Part shown: one piece after another, positions 40,071-42,620 of the stretch | Position numbering within the stretch: position 1 is the first letter of the stretch | How the letters are laid out: every line of letters starts with the position of its first letter | NCBI GenBank assembly: GCA_046758965.1 | Contig: JBHIBG010000014.1 | Coordinates: forward strand, 1 to 42,620 | DNA length: 42,620 nt | Reading direction: 5' to 3' | From: Candidatus Methylomirabilia bacterium | Lineage (GTDB): Bacteria > Methylomirabilota > Methylomirabilia > Rokubacteriales > CSP1-6 | Program-made: the position numbers and the translations under genes | Notes under the pieces: model-generated | What the model was told of the DNA's origin: nothing | Database searches by the model: none | What the model saw: only the letters and a program-made list of their open reading frames with translations

Positions 40071-41237
40071 ATGGAGAACATGACGTTCACGCTGACCGAG
40101 GAGCAGCGGGCCCTCAAGGCCGCGGTCTCTGACCTCTGCAAGAGGTATCCGGCCGAGTACTGGCGGGAGCTGGACGAGCGGCGCGAGTACCCCGAGGCCT
40201 TCGTGTCCGAGCTGACCAAAGCCGGCTACCTCGGAGCCCTGATCCCCGCGGAGTACGGCGGCGCGGGACTCGGCGTGCTCGAGGCCTCAGTCATTCTCGA
40301 AGAAATCAACCACTCCGGGGGCAACGCGGCGGCCTGCCACGCGCAGATGTATATCATGGGCACCCTCCTCCGCCACGGGTCGGAGGAGCAGAAGCGCCGC
40401 TACCTCCCCAGGATCGCGACCGGGGAGCTGAGGCTCCAGGCCTTCGGGGTCACCGAGCCGAACTCGGGCTCCGACACGACCAAGCTCCAGACCACCGCTG
40501 TCCGGAAGGGTGACCGGTATGTGGTAAACGGCCAGAAGATCTTCATCTCGCGCGTCCTCCAGTCTGACCTGATGCTGCTCCTGGCGCGTACGACGCCCGT
40601 GGATCAGGTCAAGAAGAAGACCGGCGGGCTCAGCGTGTTTCTGGTGGACATCCGCGGCATCAAGGGGTTGGAGGTGCGGCCGCTCCGCATGATGATGAAC
40701 CACTCTACCAACGCCCTCTTCTTCGACAACATGGAGATTCCGGCTGACAGCCTCATCGGCCAGGAGGGGAAGGGCTTCTCCTACATCCTCGACGGCATGA
40801 ACGCCGAGCGCATTCTGGTGGCCGCCGATTCGATCGGTGACGGCCGCTGGTTCATCGACAAGGCCGTCGCCTACTCGAGCCAGCGGGTCATCTTCGGCAA
40901 ACCCATCGGCGCCAACCAGGGCGTCCAGTTCCCCATTGCCGAGGCGTACATGGCCGTCGAAGCGGCCGACCTGATGCGGCTCAAGGCCGCCCGCCTCTTC
41001 GACGCCGGCGAGCCGTGCGGCGCCGAGGCCAACATGGCCAAGTACCTGGCGGCCGAGGCGGCCTGGGAGGCGGCCAATGCCTGCATCGACGCCCACGGGG
41101 GGTACGGCTACGCCCAGGAGTACGACGTCGAGCGCAAGTTCCGCGAGGCGCGTCTCTACAAGACCGCCCCCATCAACAACAACCTCATCCTCGCCTACAT
41201 CGGGGAGCATGTCCTGGGCCTGCCGCGGTCGTACTGA
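40071..41237 (+). CDS. Acyl-CoA dehydrogenase
   Basis: FGVTEPNSGSD, NGQKIFIS, R..FGKPI..NQ, HGGYGY..EYDVERK motifs. Confidence 0.95.
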   Translation: MENMTFTLTEEQRALKAAVSDLCKRYPAEYWRELDERREYPEAFVSELTKAGYLGALIPAEYGGAGLGVLEASVILEEINHSGGNAAACHAQMYIMGTLLRHGSEEQKRRYLPRIATGELRLQAFGVTEPNSGSDTTKLQTTAVRKGDRYVVNGQKIFISRVLQSDLMLLLARTTPVDQVKKKTGGLSVFLVDIRGIKGLEVRPLRMMMNHSTNALFFDNMEIPADSLIGQEGKGFSYILDGMNAERILVAADSIGDGRWFIDKAVAYSSQRVIFGKPIGANQGVQFPIAEAYMAVEAADLMRLKAARLFDAGEPCGAEANMAKYLAAEAAWEAANACIDAHGGYGYAQEYDVERKFREARLYKTAPINNNLILAYIGEHVLGLPRSY

Positions 41238-41240
41238 CAC

Positions 41241-41359
41241 TCCCCCTCACCTTAATCCTCTCCCCCACCAGGGAGAGAGAGGAGGCGGTGAGCGGGAAGG
41301 GAGAGAGGGATCCATCAGATCCCTCGCCCCCAGCGGGGGAGAGGGAAGGGTGAGGGGGA
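41241..41359. repeat. CCCTCACC..CCTCTCCCC-type REP-like palindrome, copy 2 (inverted doublet)
   Basis: TCCCCCTCACCTTAATCCTCTCCCCC at the left end and inverted GGGGGAGAGGGAAGGGTGAGGGGGA at the right end. Confidence 0.75.
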
Positions 41360-41372
41360 AGATAGGAGCGTT

Positions 41373-42320
41373 ATGAAGCTGCCGGAGCGCGTGACGGTCT
41401 GTGAAGTCGGGACGCGGGATGGGTTTCAGATCGAGCCCGACTTCATCCCCACCGACCGGAAGATCGAGGCTGTGAACCGCCTCTCCGCCTGCCGGGTGCC
41501 GCGGATCGAAGTCACCTCCTTCGTGCATCCCAAGGTCGTCCCCCAGCTCAGGGACGCCGAGGAGGTGATGGCCAGGATCACTCGGCGGACCGGCACGGTC
41601 TACGCCGCCCTGGTGCCCAACGACAAGGGCGCGGCGCGCGCCGTGGCTGCCGGCGTGGACCAGATCCACACCGTGGTCTCCGCCTCGGAGAGCCACAACC
41701 TCGCGAACGTCAACATGACCATCGCCGAATCCCTGGAGAAGCTCCGGGCCGTCGCCGAGGTCGCCCGAAGCGCCGGCGTTCCCGTCGCGGCCGGGATCTC
41801 CACCTCCTTCGGCTGCCCGTTCGAGGGCGAGGTGCCGCTCAGGCGCCTCGAGTCCGTGGTGGCCCGCCTGGTTGACCTCGGGGTCCGAGGGATCGGGCTC
41901 GCTGACACCACGGGGATGGCCAACCCGGTTCAGGTCTCCCGGATCTTCGAGCATCTGATGCCCAGGTTCCTGGGGATCGAGTGGTCGCTCCACACCCACG
42001 ACACGCGCGCCATGGCTATCCCCAACATCCTGGCAGCTATGGAGTGCGGGGTGACCCAGTTCGATGCCTCCATCGGCGGGCTCGGCGGCTGCCCCTTCGC
42101 TCCCGGTGCCTCGGGGAATGTCTGCACCGAGGATCTCGTCCACTGCCTCCACGCCATGGGGGTGGAGACCGGAATCGACCTCGACGGGCTGATCGAATCC
42201 TCCAGGTGGGTCGAGCAGGTGATCGGGCGGACGCTCCCCGGCCAGCTCGTCAAGGCCGGGACGTGGGACCGGCGTTACCCTCCCCCCGACTCGGTGCACC
42301 GGCGCCTGGCGGCCAGCTGA
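41373..42320 (+). CDS. Hydroxymethylglutaryl-CoA lyase-like (DRE-TIM) protein
   Basis: EVGTRDGFQ, FGCPFEG, LADTTG, HTHDT and GGLGGCPFAPGASGN motifs. Confidence 0.93.
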   Translation: MKLPERVTVCEVGTRDGFQIEPDFIPTDRKIEAVNRLSACRVPRIEVTSFVHPKVVPQLRDAEEVMARITRRTGTVYAALVPNDKGAARAVAAGVDQIHTVVSASESHNLANVNMTIAESLEKLRAVAEVARSAGVPVAAGISTSFGCPFEGEVPLRRLESVVARLVDLGVRGIGLADTTGMANPVQVSRIFEHLMPRFLGIEWSLHTHDTRAMAIPNILAAMECGVTQFDASIGGLGGCPFAPGASGNVCTEDLVHCLHAMGVETGIDLDGLIESSRWVEQVIGRTLPGQLVKAGTWDRRYPPPDSVHRRLAAS

Positions 42321-42385
42321 GCCCAGCCTGGCGCATCTCCACCTTCCAGTCGCTGAGCGGCTTCAGACCGGGCTCCGGAGCGACT

Positions 42386-42444
42386 TGTGAGGAGCCTCAC
42401 ACTTGATCTTCCCTGTTGACATGCGTCAACAGCTTGCTTAGAAC
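42386..42444 (+). promoter_or_regulatory. Sigma70 promoter with CRP-like and FNR-like palindromes
   Basis: TGTGA-N6-TCACA (42386..42401); CTGTTGAC-N4-GTCAACAG (42413..42432); TTGACA-N17-TAGAAC (42416..42444). Confidence 0.65.
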
Positions 42445-42499
42445 AAGAACACCTACGGAGTTGCACCTACACATCTCCCAATCAAAGGAGGAGGATGCC

Positions 42500-42620
42500 A
42501 TGTCCACACGACTGAGGCCGCTCAAGCTCGGAGAGTCACCCGACGCCGCCGTGAACGGTATCATTCAGTTCTCGAAGGATGGCTTCGGCGACACCCAGAT
42601 GTTCGGGCTCCTTGCCCGGC
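42500..42620 (+). CDS. Partial ORF running off the window (possibly AhpD/carboxymuconolactone decarboxylase-like)
   Basis: Strong AAGGAGGAGG SD, then MSTRLRPLKLGESPDAAVNGIIQFSKDGFGDTQMFGLLAR, open to the window end. The family guess is weak. Confidence 0.6.
   Translation, partial: MSTRLRPLKLGESPDAAVNGIIQFSKDGFGDTQMFGLLAR

Overview
High-GC bacterial chromosomal window; gene style and repeat types suggest Rokubacteria/Methylomirabilota, but this is an inference. The left ~32.5 kb is a run of minus-strand core genes. In transcription order: hemE-hemH-hemY; an MltD-like lytic transglycosylase plus a ThiS/MoaD-like protein; a selenocysteine locus (selC tRNA-Sec, DUF3105, lipoprotein, hypothetical, selA, selB); tatA; an aspartyl protease; an AAA_14/DUF4143 ATPase; ileS-lspA-rluD; glmU-glmS; pcrA; isochorismatase-gatC-gatA-gatB; ftsE-ftsX-envC-ctpA; and the start of tsaD. 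The right ~10 kb is a plus-strand catabolic cluster: ThDP decarboxylase, SDR, LLM oxidoreductase, Tat-exported DUF362 protein, CoA transferase, enoyl-CoA hydratase, acyl-CoA dehydrogenase and HMG-CoA-lyase-like enzyme. Best novelty candidate: a putative PD-(D/E)XK nuclease-like domain fused to a minimal nucleotidyltransferase, paired with a HEPN gene and seamlessly embedded between gatA and gatB. Also notable: a decayed hicB-hicA relic between glmU and glmS, a modular family of GAA-loop palindromic intergenic elements, an in-frame UGA junction between selA and selB, and a promoter with both CRP-like and FNR-like boxes at the right edge.
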